Of a DNA stretch of 64,000 bases, positions 10,630-19,855 are shown piece after piece. The stretch's first letter is position 1. Each line of letters starts with the position of its first letter. This DNA comes from an uncultured Acidobacteriota bacterium (lineage in GTDB: Bacteria; Acidobacteriota; Vicinamibacteria; Vicinamibacterales; Fen-181): the NCBI GenBank assembly GCA_963741715.1, contig CAVUJA010000003.1:167854-231853 (forward strand), written 5' to 3'. Below the pieces are notes generated by a model. The model did no database searches. It worked only from the letters and a program-made list of their open reading frames with translations, and had not been told where the DNA came from. The position numbers and the translations under genes were made by a program.

Positions 10630-11059
10630 ATGGCCAACGAGCAGCTCGCGGCGTTCATCGATCGCCACACAATCGCATGGAACCAGCATGACGCCGCGGC
10701 GCTCTGCGATCACCATGCCGAGCACGGGGTGGTCTACAGCCCGATGTTCGCGCGCATCGAGGGGCGGTCGCAGAATCTGCGGGAGCTATTCGGCGCTCTT
10801 CGTAGTGTTCCCGGACTGGCGCCTCGACTTCGGCCCTCCCATCATCGACGGCAATCGCATCGCCTTGCCGTTCTCCGTCACCGCCACCCACAAGGGAGAC
10901 TTCATGGGATTGCCGGGCACCGGCAGGCGGTGCGAGTTCGAAGGCGTCTCGCTCATCGAGCTGGACGATGACCTGCTGATCCGTGAGGAGCGGCGGGTGT
11001 ACGACTTCACGGGTCTCCTGACGAGACTGGGCGTCCTGAAGGTCAAGCCCGGCGTCTGA
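10630..11059 (+). CDS. SnoaL-like/ester cyclase NTF2-fold protein (apparent +1 frameshift at about 10774)
   Basis: GGAG+ATG 10630 (AWNQHDAAAL) continues in the next frame as FPDW...THKGDFMGLPGTGR...YDFTGLL. Deleting one A in CAGAATC joins them. Confidence 0.8.
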
Positions 11060-11166
11060 CGCGCCCCACTCCATCCCCTCGATGTCGCCGAGGTCCGTCG
11101 CCCGTCCGGTGGCCCGTCACCCTGGGACGTCCGTGGAGGGACGTCATGGGCGACGAACGCTCGCAC

Positions 11167-11364
11167 CTATCCGCCGGAGATCATGTGGATGACCTGCACG
11201 TCCGCGCCGTCGGGCACGACCGCCTTGTCGTACGTCCCCCGCTTGACGAGCTCGCCGTTCACCTGCACGGCAATCATGCGGAAGATGTAGTTGCGGATCT
11301 TCAGGATGTCCGCGATGGTCATCCCTTCGCGCCACGGCATGGGTTCGGTGTTGACGGTGATCAT
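11167..11364 (-). CDS. thiS: ThiS/MoaD-family sulfur carrier protein
   Basis: 65 aa, IAVQVNGELV, C-terminal ISGG. Could be the AOR-associated MoaD-like paralog rather than thiamine ThiS. Confidence 0.8.
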   Translation of the reverse strand: MITVNTEPMPWREGMTIADILKIRNYIFRMIAVQVNGELVKRGTYDKAVVPDGADVQVIHMISGG

Positions 11365-11367
11365 GGG

Positions 11368-11884
11368 AGGAGTCGGGAGTCGGGAGTCAGGATTCAGTTC
11401 GCCCTCAGCGCCTCGGCTTCGTAACCGTCTGGGCCTCGGCCAGTTCTTTCAATCGACGAATCAGGCCGTGGAGCATCCGACCGCATTCGGCGGCGGCGGC
11501 GAGCACCTCTTCCGCTGCAGGCGTCTCCGCAAACCCGAGTCGGACGGCCAGTTCGACCTGCGTCTCGAGCTCCATGAGAGATCCGTGAGCAATTGCGAGG
11601 TGGTGCAGGTACTCGCGCGTGATGGAACGGCCGTGCCCTTCGGCCACATTCGATGGAACAGACACGGCGGACCGATGAATCTGGGCGCGTAACCCGAACT
11701 GTTCATGCGCCGGAAACGGCTCGGTGAGCCGATAGGCGGCCACGGCGAGGTCCATTGCCTTCTGCCACACCTCGAGATCGCGATAGCTCTCGACCTTCCC
11801 TGGCATTGCGAGAACCTCGTCGTGACTGGCCTGAATCCAGTATCCCGAATCCACCTGAATCCTGAATCCCGACTCCCGAATCCT
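11368..11884. mobile_element. Putative cassette: four-helix-bundle gene bounded by 30-bp heptameric terminal inverted repeats
   Basis: Left 11368-11397 aggagtcgggagtcgggagtcaggattcag; right 11855-11884 ctgaatcctgaatcccgactcccgaatcct; 28/30 complementary. Mobility is inferred only. Confidence 0.55.
11405..11806 (-). CDS. Four helix bundle protein (23S rRNA IVS protein / Avd-like family)
   Basis: SYRDLEVWQKAMDL, FPAHEQFGLRAQIHRSAVSVPSNVAEG, IAHGSLMELETQ; GAGG RBS before ATG 11806. Confidence 0.92.
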   Translation of the reverse strand: MPGKVESYRDLEVWQKAMDLAVAAYRLTEPFPAHEQFGLRAQIHRSAVSVPSNVAEGHGRSITREYLHHLAIAHGSLMELETQVELAVRLGFAETPAAEEVLAAAAECGRMLHGLIRRLKELAEAQTVTKPRR

Positions 11885-11894
11885 GTCAGTGGTC

Positions 11895-14093
11895 TCAGAG
11901 ATGCGGCGTCACCACCGCGACCACGTCGGGAAAATCGATCTTGAACTTCTTCAGCGTCTCGAGCGTCGGGATGGCGTTGTTCGTCCAGCCGCGGCGGGCG
12001 TAGACCGCGTCGCACAGCTTGTTGTAGCGGTCTTCACGCCACTTGCGGTGCAGCGCAATCTTCTCGTCGGTCGACTTGCCCTCCGGATCGATGCCGATCA
12101 GGTCCGCGAGCTGCTTGTCGTAGCGCTCGGCGCGCGACTCGTACTCTTCCCTGGTCAGCGGGCCCATCGAGCGGTAGGGCGGCCAGTCGCTCTTGCGCCC
12201 GCCCATGCCCATGCGCAGGTTGAACACGCGCTGGAAGTTGTAGACGCCTTCCGACATCCGGATGAAATCGTCGATCGTCGCTTCCTGCCCGGTGATGCCG
12301 GCGTAGAGCTCCTGGTAGTTGTGGACGTGCTCGGGCACCTTCGCCGCGTTCTTCCCGTGCTTCGCGTTGTCCTCGGGCTCGATGTCGTTCCACGGCAGCT
12401 TGCAGAGGCCCATCAGGCCGAACCAGGTGCGGAACAGCGGGAAGTAGTGCAGCGCCTCCGCCTTGTCCTCGAAGGTCGGGATCTGGTTGTTGACCATGTC
12501 CATGAAGATCAGCCAGGCCTCGTCGTGCTGGGGCCCCTTGTTGGTCAACGCGTAGCCGCCCTGCTGCGCCAGCGACTCCTTCGACTGGTACTGCGAGTAC
12601 TCGAGCCCTTTCACCTGCATGCCGAAATCGCGCATGAACTGCAGGTCGCCCCAGCCCCGCTCGGCGAAGTGCTCCTGCATGTCCTTCACGCCCTGGCCGA
12701 CGACCAGGCCGAAGCCCTCCCCGCGCGCCATCTGGTGCAGCAGCTCGACGTGCGACTCGCCGTTGCCCCAGCTGAGGTCGAGGCCGCCGGTCCGCTCCGC
12801 GTTCAGGATGCCGCGCTGCCAGCACTCCATCGCGAACGCGCAGCAGGTGCCGAACGAGATGGTGTCGATGCCGTAGGTGTCGCAGTAGAAGTTCGATTCG
12901 AGGATCCAGTCGGGTTCGAAGATGCCGCAATTCGACCCGAGGCCGGCGCACGTCTCGTACTCCGGGCCGTCCACCGTGACGATGTGGCCCTTGTAGGGGC
13001 CGGTCATCACCTTGTGGCAGTCGGCGCCCTTCGCGCACGCCATGTGGCAGCCGTACCAGCAGCCGTCGAAGATCCCCTGCGTGAACCGCTTCTCCCACAC
13101 GGTCGACTGGATCTTGTCGATGTCCGGGTGGCTGCCGTACTGGAAGTTGTGCACCGGCAGGAGGTCGTAGGCGTCCATCACTTCGACCAGGTGCGCCGTG
13201 CCGATCTTTCGCATCTTGCACTGCTGGTCGTCGAAGTCGTGGATCTCCTTCGCCAGCACCCGGCCGACCTTCGTGGTGCGCGCGACATCGGCCGCGCGGT
13301 TGTGGTCGCCCTTCATCTTCGGCCCGTGCACCACCAGCGCCTTGATCTTCTTGTCGCGGAACACCAGGCCGATGCCGCCGCGCCCCGCCTGCTTCAAGCG
13401 GGCGGCGCCGCGCCTGGGGTCGAACCACGAGAAGTTCAGGCAGCCGATCCGGCTGTGCTCGGCCCCCTTGCCCGCCGACACCACCGACACGTTCACGAAG
13501 TCCTTCTCGTCGTCCGCGTACTGGTGCATGAACACTTCGGACGCGACGTGGCTGTCGGGGTTCTCCTCGGGCGCCTCCTCGATGGTGATCGTCTTCTTCG
13601 GGCCGTCGATCACGACGATGACGTCGCGCGCGGCCTTCCCCTGGATCTCCAGCGCGTCGTAGCCGCAGAACTTGAGGAGCGGGCCGAAGTAGCCGCCGAC
13701 GTTGCTGTCGATCGGAATGCTGGTGAGCGGCGACAACGTGACGACGAGCGACTTGCCCGAACCGGCGTACGCGGTGTTCCCGGCGAGCGGCCCGGGGCTG
13801 ATGATGATGTCGTTCTCCGGGTCGTTCCACTTCGTCGTCGGGGTGATCGCGTGCCAGAGGTACCAGAGGCCGAAGCCGCGCCCGCCGATGAAGATGTCCT
13901 TCATCTGCTGGGTCACCGCCTTCTCGCTCACGGTCAGGGTGGAGAGGTTGATGTGCAGCGTACGATTCGTGTAGCCGCGCTCCGGCAGGCTCGGTTCGAA
14001 GCGGTGCTGCAGCAGGACCTTGTGCGCCGCTTTCTGCGCGGCCGCGTCCTCGGTGTACGAGGTGCGGGTCTTGTAGTCGTACCCGACTGACAT
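11895..14093 (-). CDS. aor: Aldehyde:ferredoxin oxidoreductase (W/Mo-pterin AOR family)
   Basis: AAGGAG+ATG 14093. FIGGRGFG, DSNVGGYFG, QAGRGGIG, CWYGCHMAC, GPEYET, YGIDTIS. The ORF-track extension to 15563 is spurious. Confidence 0.9.
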   Translation of the reverse strand: MSVGYDYKTRTSYTEDAAAQKAAHKVLLQHRFEPSLPERGYTNRTLHINLSTLTVSEKAVTQQMKDIFIGGRGFGLWYLWHAITPTTKWNDPENDIIISPGPLAGNTAYAGSGKSLVVTLSPLTSIPIDSNVGGYFGPLLKFCGYDALEIQGKAARDVIVVIDGPKKTITIEEAPEENPDSHVASEVFMHQYADDEKDFVNVSVVSAGKGAEHSRIGCLNFSWFDPRRGAARLKQAGRGGIGLVFRDKKIKALVVHGPKMKGDHNRAADVARTTKVGRVLAKEIHDFDDQQCKMRKIGTAHLVEVMDAYDLLPVHNFQYGSHPDIDKIQSTVWEKRFTQGIFDGCWYGCHMACAKGADCHKVMTGPYKGHIVTVDGPEYETCAGLGSNCGIFEPDWILESNFYCDTYGIDTISFGTCCAFAMECWQRGILNAERTGGLDLSWGNGESHVELLHQMARGEGFGLVVGQGVKDMQEHFAERGWGDLQFMRDFGMQVKGLEYSQYQSKESLAQQGGYALTNKGPQHDEAWLIFMDMVNNQIPTFEDKAEALHYFPLFRTWFGLMGLCKLPWNDIEPEDNAKHGKNAAKVPEHVHNYQELYAGITGQEATIDDFIRMSEGVYNFQRVFNLRMGMGGRKSDWPPYRSMGPLTREEYESRAERYDKQLADLIGIDPEGKSTDEKIALHRKWREDRYNKLCDAVYARRGWTNNAIPTLETLKKFKIDFPDVVAVVTPHL

Positions 14094-14301
14094 GGCGACT
14101 CCTTGCTGGTCTGCCGGCCGTGGTCCGCCGCGCGTCGAGAGAGCGCCCGCTCGAATGGCATGTTTCTCGGGAGCGCGGCCGGAGAGATCCCCGTGGGGAG
14201 GGTGAACCGGCCGGACGCTGCTATTTTCCGCCAGAAGCGGGTGGTGCGGCAAGTCTCGGACAGGGCGGAAAACGATGCCGACGTTCCTGCGAGGCCGAAA
14301 A

Positions 14302-14341
14302 CTGAACGGCCGAACGGCCAAATCACCAAAAGACTGACGGA
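14302..14341. repeat. Degenerate 8-nt-period array
   Basis: ctgaacgg ccgaacgg ccaaatca ccaaaaga ctgacgga between the ALDH stop and the aor start. Confidence 0.5.
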
Positions 14342-14383
14342 ATCGCCGCGTTCCTCGGGCTGCCAGCTCTTCAGCGGCCTCGC

Positions 14384-15970
14384 CTATCGCACCCTGGTCC
14401 TGCTCTGTTCGCGGAAGAACTGCTGCAGGTAGTGCGGGCCGCCCGTTCCCTTGCCCGTCGAGCCGCTGGCCTTCCAGCCGCCGAAGGAGTTCTGTCCCGG
14501 CCACGCGCCCGTCGTCGCGCCGGCGCGGCGGTTGGCGTAGGTGACGCCGGCCTGGATCCGATCGAAGAACTCTTCGATTTCCCGCTCGTCCTGCGAGAAG
14601 ATGCCGGCCGTCAGGCCGTACTCGGTCCTGTTGGCCAGGTCGATCGCCTGGTCCAGCGTCAGCACGTCGGCGACGACAACGATGGGCACGAACAACTCCT
14701 CGGAGAACAGCGGGTGGGCGGCCGGAAGCCCGTCGATGACGGTCGGCTCGACGAAGTAGCCGTGGTTGAACGGCTCCTCGGTGATCCGATGTCCGCCGAC
14801 GATGACCCGGCCGCCGTCCCGCTTCGCGCGGGCGATGGCGTTCTCGAAGTTCCGGACCGCCCGCTCGTTGATGAGGGGCCCCGCCCACACGTCGCGCTCG
14901 AGCGGGTTGCCGACCTTGATCTTCTTCGTCTTCTCGACGAGCAGCTCCACGAACTGCCGGCGCACGTCCCGGGACACGTACACGCGCGAGCAGGCGGAGC
15001 ACTTCTGGCCGGTGGCGCCGAACGCCGACCGCAGCACGCCGTCCGACGCCTTCTCGATGTCGGCCGACGCCATGATCAGCGCGGGGTTCTTGCCGCCCAT
15101 CTCGATGATCAACGGGCGCGGGACCGGCCGCGCCCCGTTCTCGCGCAGCAGCTTCATCCCCACCGCCATCGATCCCGTGAAGACCACGCCGTCCACGCCG
15201 GGGTTGTCCGCGATCTCCTGCCCCACCGGCACGCCCGGCCCGTTCACGAGGTTGAAGACGCCGGGCGGCAGCATGTCCGCCAGCAGTTCGTAGAAGCGGA
15301 CGCCGACGAGCGCGGTGTCCTCTGCGGCCTTGCACACCACGGTGTTGCCGGCGAGCAGCGCTGCCGCCGTCGGTCCGGCGGCGAGGGCGATCGGGAAGTT
15401 GAAGGGCGCGATGATGCCGAAGACGCCGTAGGGCCGGAGCACGCTGCGGCTCTCCTCGACCGAGCCCGGCATGCCCATCAGGTTCTGGAAGCCGTCGGTC
15501 TGCTCCATCCGGTCGCAGTAGTAGTCGAAGAAGTCCGCCGCCTCCTCGACTTCGCCGACGCACTCGAGCCGGCTCTTGCCCGTCTCGTAGCCGACCAGCG
15601 CCGACAGCTGCGCGCGACGCTCGCGGATTCTCCGGCCAATGGCGCGGACGCTGTGGACGCGTTCTCCCCAGGGGAGGCGGCTCCAGGCGGGAAACGCGGC
15701 GCGCGCGGCGGCGATGGCGTCCTGCGCCTGCTCGCGGGTGGCCGAGGTGAAGCGCCCGATCAGGATGCGGGTGTCGATCGGGCTGCGGTCTTCGAACGTC
15801 TCGCCCGCGCCCTCGACGGCCCGCCCGTTGATGAACATCGGGTGGGACTGCCCGAACCCTTTCCTCGCCTCCTCGATCGCCGCGTCCAGGTCGCGGTGCA
15901 GCCCGCTCATCTGGTCGACGCTCATCGTCGCGTAGGTGACCTTCGCCTGTGCCGGTCTCACGCTCTCCAT
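14384..15970 (-). CDS. Aldehyde dehydrogenase (1-pyrroline-5-carboxylate dehydrogenase-like)
   Basis: PFNFP, FTGS, EMGGKN, GQKCSAC, EELFVP, YGLTAG, FGGWKASG. Confidence 0.9.
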   Translation of the reverse strand: MESVRPAQAKVTYATMSVDQMSGLHRDLDAAIEEARKGFGQSHPMFINGRAVEGAGETFEDRSPIDTRILIGRFTSATREQAQDAIAAARAAFPAWSRLPWGERVHSVRAIGRRIRERRAQLSALVGYETGKSRLECVGEVEEAADFFDYYCDRMEQTDGFQNLMGMPGSVEESRSVLRPYGVFGIIAPFNFPIALAAGPTAAALLAGNTVVCKAAEDTALVGVRFYELLADMLPPGVFNLVNGPGVPVGQEIADNPGVDGVVFTGSMAVGMKLLRENGARPVPRPLIIEMGGKNPALIMASADIEKASDGVLRSAFGATGQKCSACSRVYVSRDVRRQFVELLVEKTKKIKVGNPLERDVWAGPLINERAVRNFENAIARAKRDGGRVIVGGHRITEEPFNHGYFVEPTVIDGLPAAHPLFSEELFVPIVVVADVLTLDQAIDLANRTEYGLTAGIFSQDEREIEEFFDRIQAGVTYANRRAGATTGAWPGQNSFGGWKASGSTGKGTGGPHYLQQFFREQSRTRVR

Positions 15971-16146
15971 GGGAGCCTCATTCGTCCGCGGGTTCGCTGG
16001 CAGCCGGCCGGCCGACGGGAATGGCACGAGAGGACGCAGCAGGGCCGAACGGGTTCCGTGTCCGCTGAAGGGGGCCGGCAGATCATGGCTGAGATCTCGA
16101 TGATACCATGTCACAGGATCTCGACATCTCGACAGTGGCTGTTTTC

Positions 16147-17382
16147 ATGAGCAATTCACAGGCTTTTCGCGACCCGTCCGCCCGCCGGCGCCTGTTCGCC
16201 GCGGCGGCATCGGCGATGTTCGTGTTCGGCATGATCGTCTCGATGCTCGGCGCGCTGTTCGGCCTGCCGGCCATGCGAGAGCGCCTGGGCGTCGACCTGG
16301 CCCAGCAGGGCGACTTGTTCAGCGTGCTGGCCATCGGCCTGCTGGTCTCGACCGCGGTCGTCGGCCCGACGCTCGACAAGTTCGGCAGCAAGCTCGTGCT
16401 CGTGTCCGCCTCGGCGATGGTGACGGTGGCGCTGCTCGCGTTTGCGCTCGCGCCCGGGTTCGGGGCCGCGGCGATGGCGGCGCTCCTGCTCGGCGTCGGC
16501 GGCGGCTGGCTCAACACCGCCACCAACGCGCTCGTGTCCGACGTGTTCCACGACGACCGCGGGCGCATGCTGAACCTGCTCGGCACGTTCTTCGGGTTCG
16601 GCGCGCTCTTCGTCCCGGCGGTCATCGCCGTCGGGTTCGGCGCGCTCTCGGTGGCCGGGACGATGGCGCTGTGCGCCGCCGTGGCGGCGGCCAGCACGGC
16701 CTTCTGCGCGGCGTTGCCGTTTCCGCCGCCGCACGAAGGCGCCGCGTTCTCGTTCGGAGGCATGCTGGGCGTGGCGAAGGATCGCGGCGTCCTGCTGTTC
16801 GCCGGTCTTCTGCTCTTCCAGGGTGGCAACGAGGCGGCGCTGAGCGGCTGGACGTCCACCTACGTCAACTCCGTCGGATGGTCTCCGCGCGTCGCGACGC
16901 TGATTCTCCTCGGCTACTGGGTCACCGCCATCGTCGGGCGCGCGGCGTCGTCGCGGGCGCAGGCCTGGACCGGGAACGAGCGCCTGGTGGTGATCTGTGG
17001 CGCGCTGTCGATGGCCGGCTGCCTGGTCCTGCTGGCCGCCGCGGGCTGGCTGCCCGGACTTGCCCTCGGCGCGCTGGTCACGTCGCTGGGGTTTTCGGCG
17101 ATCTTCCCCACGGTGCTGGCGATGGCCGGCGACCGCTACCGCCGCTTCGCCGGGACCGTCTTCGGCTTTCTCTTCACGGTCGGGAACGTCGGCGGCGTCG
17201 TGTTCCCGTGGGCCCTCGGCCACCTTTCGCAATCCTTCGGCGTGCGGCTCGGGATGCTGGTCCCGATGGCCGGCACGCTCGGGGTGATGGGGTGCGCGCT
17301 CGCGGTGCGTGCGAACGGCAGGCGGAAGGCCGAAGACAGGGAGAGGATCGAGACCTCATCGCGGGCACCCGATCCCCTGTAA
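16147..17382 (+). CDS. MFS transporter
   Basis: About 12 hydrophobic segments; GPTLDKFGSK motif A. Confidence 0.85.
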   Translation: MSNSQAFRDPSARRRLFAAAASAMFVFGMIVSMLGALFGLPAMRERLGVDLAQQGDLFSVLAIGLLVSTAVVGPTLDKFGSKLVLVSASAMVTVALLAFALAPGFGAAAMAALLLGVGGGWLNTATNALVSDVFHDDRGRMLNLLGTFFGFGALFVPAVIAVGFGALSVAGTMALCAAVAAASTAFCAALPFPPPHEGAAFSFGGMLGVAKDRGVLLFAGLLLFQGGNEAALSGWTSTYVNSVGWSPRVATLILLGYWVTAIVGRAASSRAQAWTGNERLVVICGALSMAGCLVLLAAAGWLPGLALGALVTSLGFSAIFPTVLAMAGDRYRRFAGTVFGFLFTVGNVGGVVFPWALGHLSQSFGVRLGMLVPMAGTLGVMGCALAVRANGRRKAEDRERIETSSRAPDPL

Positions 17383-17391
17383 GATCCCCCG

Positions 17392-18207
17392 ATGCGGATC
17401 GCCCTCGTCCAGCAGCGCGCCACTCTCGACAAGCAGGCCAACGTTGCCGCGGGCCTCGCCGCCCTGGACAGGGCAGCGGCCAACGGCTCGCAACTCGTGT
17501 GTTTTGCAGAACTGGCGTTCGAGCCGTTCTACCCGCAGCACCCCGCCGGCCCCGACTTCGCGAGCCTCGCAGAGCCGGTGCCGGGCCCGATCACCCGGGC
17601 GTTCCAGGCCAAGGCCGCCGAGCACGGCGTCGCCGTCGTGCTGAACCTGTTCGAGCGGGACGGGGCCCGGACCTTCGACAGTTCGCCGGTGATCGATGCC
17701 GACGGCGGCCTCCTCGGCCGCACTCGCATGATTCACATCACCGAGTATCCGTGCTTCCACGAGCAGGGGTACTACACGCCCGGCGACACCGGCGCGCCCG
17801 TCTACGACACGGCGATTGGAAAGCTCGGCGTGGCGATCTGCTACGACCGGCACTTTCCCGAGTACATGCGGGCGCTGGGGGTCGGCGGTGCCGAGGTCGT
17901 GGTGGTGCCGCAGGCGGGCGCGGTGGGCGAGTGGCCCGCGGGCCTGTACGAAGCCGAGATGCAGGTGGCCGCGTTCCAGAATGGGTACTTCACGGCGCTG
18001 TGCAACCGGGTCGGCGAGGAGGAGTGCCTGACGTTCGGCGGCGAGTCGTTCGTGTGCGCGCCGAACGGGGAGGTGATCGCGAAGGCGCCGGCGGGAGCGG
18101 ACGCCATCCTGTACGCCGACTGCGACCTGCCGAAGGTCGAACGGTCGCACGCGCGGAAGCTGTTCCTGAAGCACAGGAGGCCGGACCTGTACGGGCGGTG
18201 GATTTGA
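17392..18207 (+). CDS. Carbon-nitrogen hydrolase (N-carbamoyl amidohydrolase/beta-ureidopropionase-like)
   Basis: FAELAF, FHEQGYYTPGDTG, ICYDRHFPE, CNRVGEE, RRPDLY. Confidence 0.88.
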   Translation: MRIALVQQRATLDKQANVAAGLAALDRAAANGSQLVCFAELAFEPFYPQHPAGPDFASLAEPVPGPITRAFQAKAAEHGVAVVLNLFERDGARTFDSSPVIDADGGLLGRTRMIHITEYPCFHEQGYYTPGDTGAPVYDTAIGKLGVAICYDRHFPEYMRALGVGGAEVVVVPQAGAVGEWPAGLYEAEMQVAAFQNGYFTALCNRVGEEECLTFGGESFVCAPNGEVIAKAPAGADAILYADCDLPKVERSHARKLFLKHRRPDLYGRWI

Positions 18208-18210
18208 CCG

Positions 18211-18292
18211 GCTGACGGCTGGCGGCCTGCGGCTGGAGACAGTGCCGCGTCACCGGTGCCTTCGCCGCAAACTGCAGGTCGCAAGCCGTGCG
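18211..18292. repeat. Inverted pair of heptamer arrays around central palindrome CACCGGTG
   Basis: gctgacg gctggcg gcctgcg gctggag ... caccggtg (18251-18258) ... ccgcaaa ctgcagg tcgcaag, between convergent genes. Confidence 0.7.
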
Positions 18293-18308
18293 CGGGCGCC
18301 AGCCGGCG

Positions 18309-19724
18309 CTACAACTGCGCGAGCGCGTCGATCGTCCGGTCGACGACGTGCGCGGGGAAGACGCCGCCGGCCTCGAACGACGCGCGGCGGTCGCGCAGGC
18401 TGTCCGACACCTCGACGAAGCTGCGCGGCACGGGCAGCGCCGATCCCTTCTGCGCCAGGGCCGAGGTCTGCTCCAACAGCCGGTCGAGGTCCGCGATCCC
18501 CCGCCCTGCGATCATCGTCTGCGCGATGCCTGCAAGCAGGAGGTGAGGGTGTGCCGATCCGTCCGGGAGCCGGAACTCGACCGTTTCCGGGCTGACCGAG
18601 CGGCCTTCCTCGTCGCTGGCCACGATCGGCAGGCGAATCAGGGCGCGGCGGTTGTAGCGGCCCCACGTCACCGTGCTCGGCGCCTCCTTCGCCTGCAGCA
18701 GGCGCACGAACGAGTTGGTGGCGCGGTTGCCGAACGCCATCAGCGCGCCGGCGTGCTGGACGAGGCCGGCAATCAGCCAGCGGGCGACGCCGTCGAGGTG
18801 TCCGTCCGGCGTCGAGTGCTTCTGGTGCACGCCGTCCACGACCGGCGAGAAGTGGAAGTGCAGGCCGCTGCCCGCGTGGCCCTTCCGCAGGATTGGATCG
18901 AAGCTGCAGCGCCAGCCGGCCTTGTGCGCGAGGTTGCGCAGCAGCCACTGCGCCACCAGCACCGAGTCGGCCGCCTGCGGCAGGGGCTGCAGCGCCAGCT
19001 CGATCTCGTGCTGTTCCCAGATCCGCGCGTCCACTTCGTCGGGCTGGATGTAGCCGACTTCGCTGTGGCCGTACTTCACCGGGATCCCGATCTCCGACAG
19101 CATGACCATCGCCCGTCGTCGCAGCGGCTCGCCGAAGACGAACGGCGAGCTGGCGTGGTAGCCGCGCTCGGTGGCGCCATAGATGTCGGTCTCGTCGGGC
19201 CGCTTGCCGAGGAAGAACTCCACCTCGCCCAGCGCCTGCAGCTCGACGCCGACCTCCGACTGCAGCCGGTCGGCCGCCCTTCTGACGATCGTGTCGGGCG
19301 ACTCGGGGAGCGGCGCGCCGTCGCGCCCGAAATGCGCGCAGAACACCACGAGTGTCGGGAACGTCGCGAACGGATCCACGAACGCCGTCGAGAGCCGCGG
19401 GCGCAGCACGACGTCGGACGCCGTCACCTGGACGCCCATGCTGCCGAACAGGCTCGACCCGTCGGCCCGCTCGCCGAACGACAGGACCTCCCGGAGGTGA
19501 GGCAGGTCGCGCGGCACGAAGTCGAGCGTCTTCAGCCAGCCGTCGCCGCCGACGTGCATCAGGCTGACGAGCCGGATTCCCAGCGCGCCGACGACGCCGA
19601 CGAGGTCGTCGACCGTCCACTGCTCCGAGGGCTTGCCAATCAGGCGGGTCAGCCGGCACGCGGGCCACGGCTGCATCTCGGTGCCGGCCGGGCCGGCGGC
19701 GTCGATCCTGGCGGTGTCTGTCAT
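18309..19724 (-). CDS. Glutamine synthetase family protein
   Basis: DGSS, GEVEFF, HSEVG, QHEIE, AGSGLHFH, WGRYNRRALIRLP, VEFRLPD. Substrate (ammonia or an amine) not determinable. Confidence 0.88.
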   Translation of the reverse strand: MTDTARIDAAGPAGTEMQPWPACRLTRLIGKPSEQWTVDDLVGVVGALGIRLVSLMHVGGDGWLKTLDFVPRDLPHLREVLSFGERADGSSLFGSMGVQVTASDVVLRPRLSTAFVDPFATFPTLVVFCAHFGRDGAPLPESPDTIVRRAADRLQSEVGVELQALGEVEFFLGKRPDETDIYGATERGYHASSPFVFGEPLRRRAMVMLSEIGIPVKYGHSEVGYIQPDEVDARIWEQHEIELALQPLPQAADSVLVAQWLLRNLAHKAGWRCSFDPILRKGHAGSGLHFHFSPVVDGVHQKHSTPDGHLDGVARWLIAGLVQHAGALMAFGNRATNSFVRLLQAKEAPSTVTWGRYNRRALIRLPIVASDEEGRSVSPETVEFRLPDGSAHPHLLLAGIAQTMIAGRGIADLDRLLEQTSALAQKGSALPVPRSFVEVSDSLRDRRASFEAGGVFPAHVVDRTIDALAQL

Positions 19725-19855
19725 GTCGGGCGCCGTTTCGAAAGACCGTCGATCACGAGTGCAGCATGCGGAGGCAGAACGGCTGGTCCGTTCCGCGGCC
19801 TGCCGGGGAAAGCATTATATGCCGGTGGAGGACCGGGAGCGCCCGTCCCTGGCGG

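Noticed and set aside
11405-11806. Diversity-generating retroelement, suggested by the Avd-like protein
   Set aside because: No reverse transcriptase and no TR/VR pair differing at adenines in the window.
11895-15563. Apparent N-terminal extensions or fusions in the ORF track (AOR 1222 aa, DsrA 744 aa, DsrN 838 aa, DPP III 1151 aa, M14 997 aa)
   Set aside because: The extensions run off-frame over neighbouring genes. Internal starts match family N-termini, mostly with an RBS.
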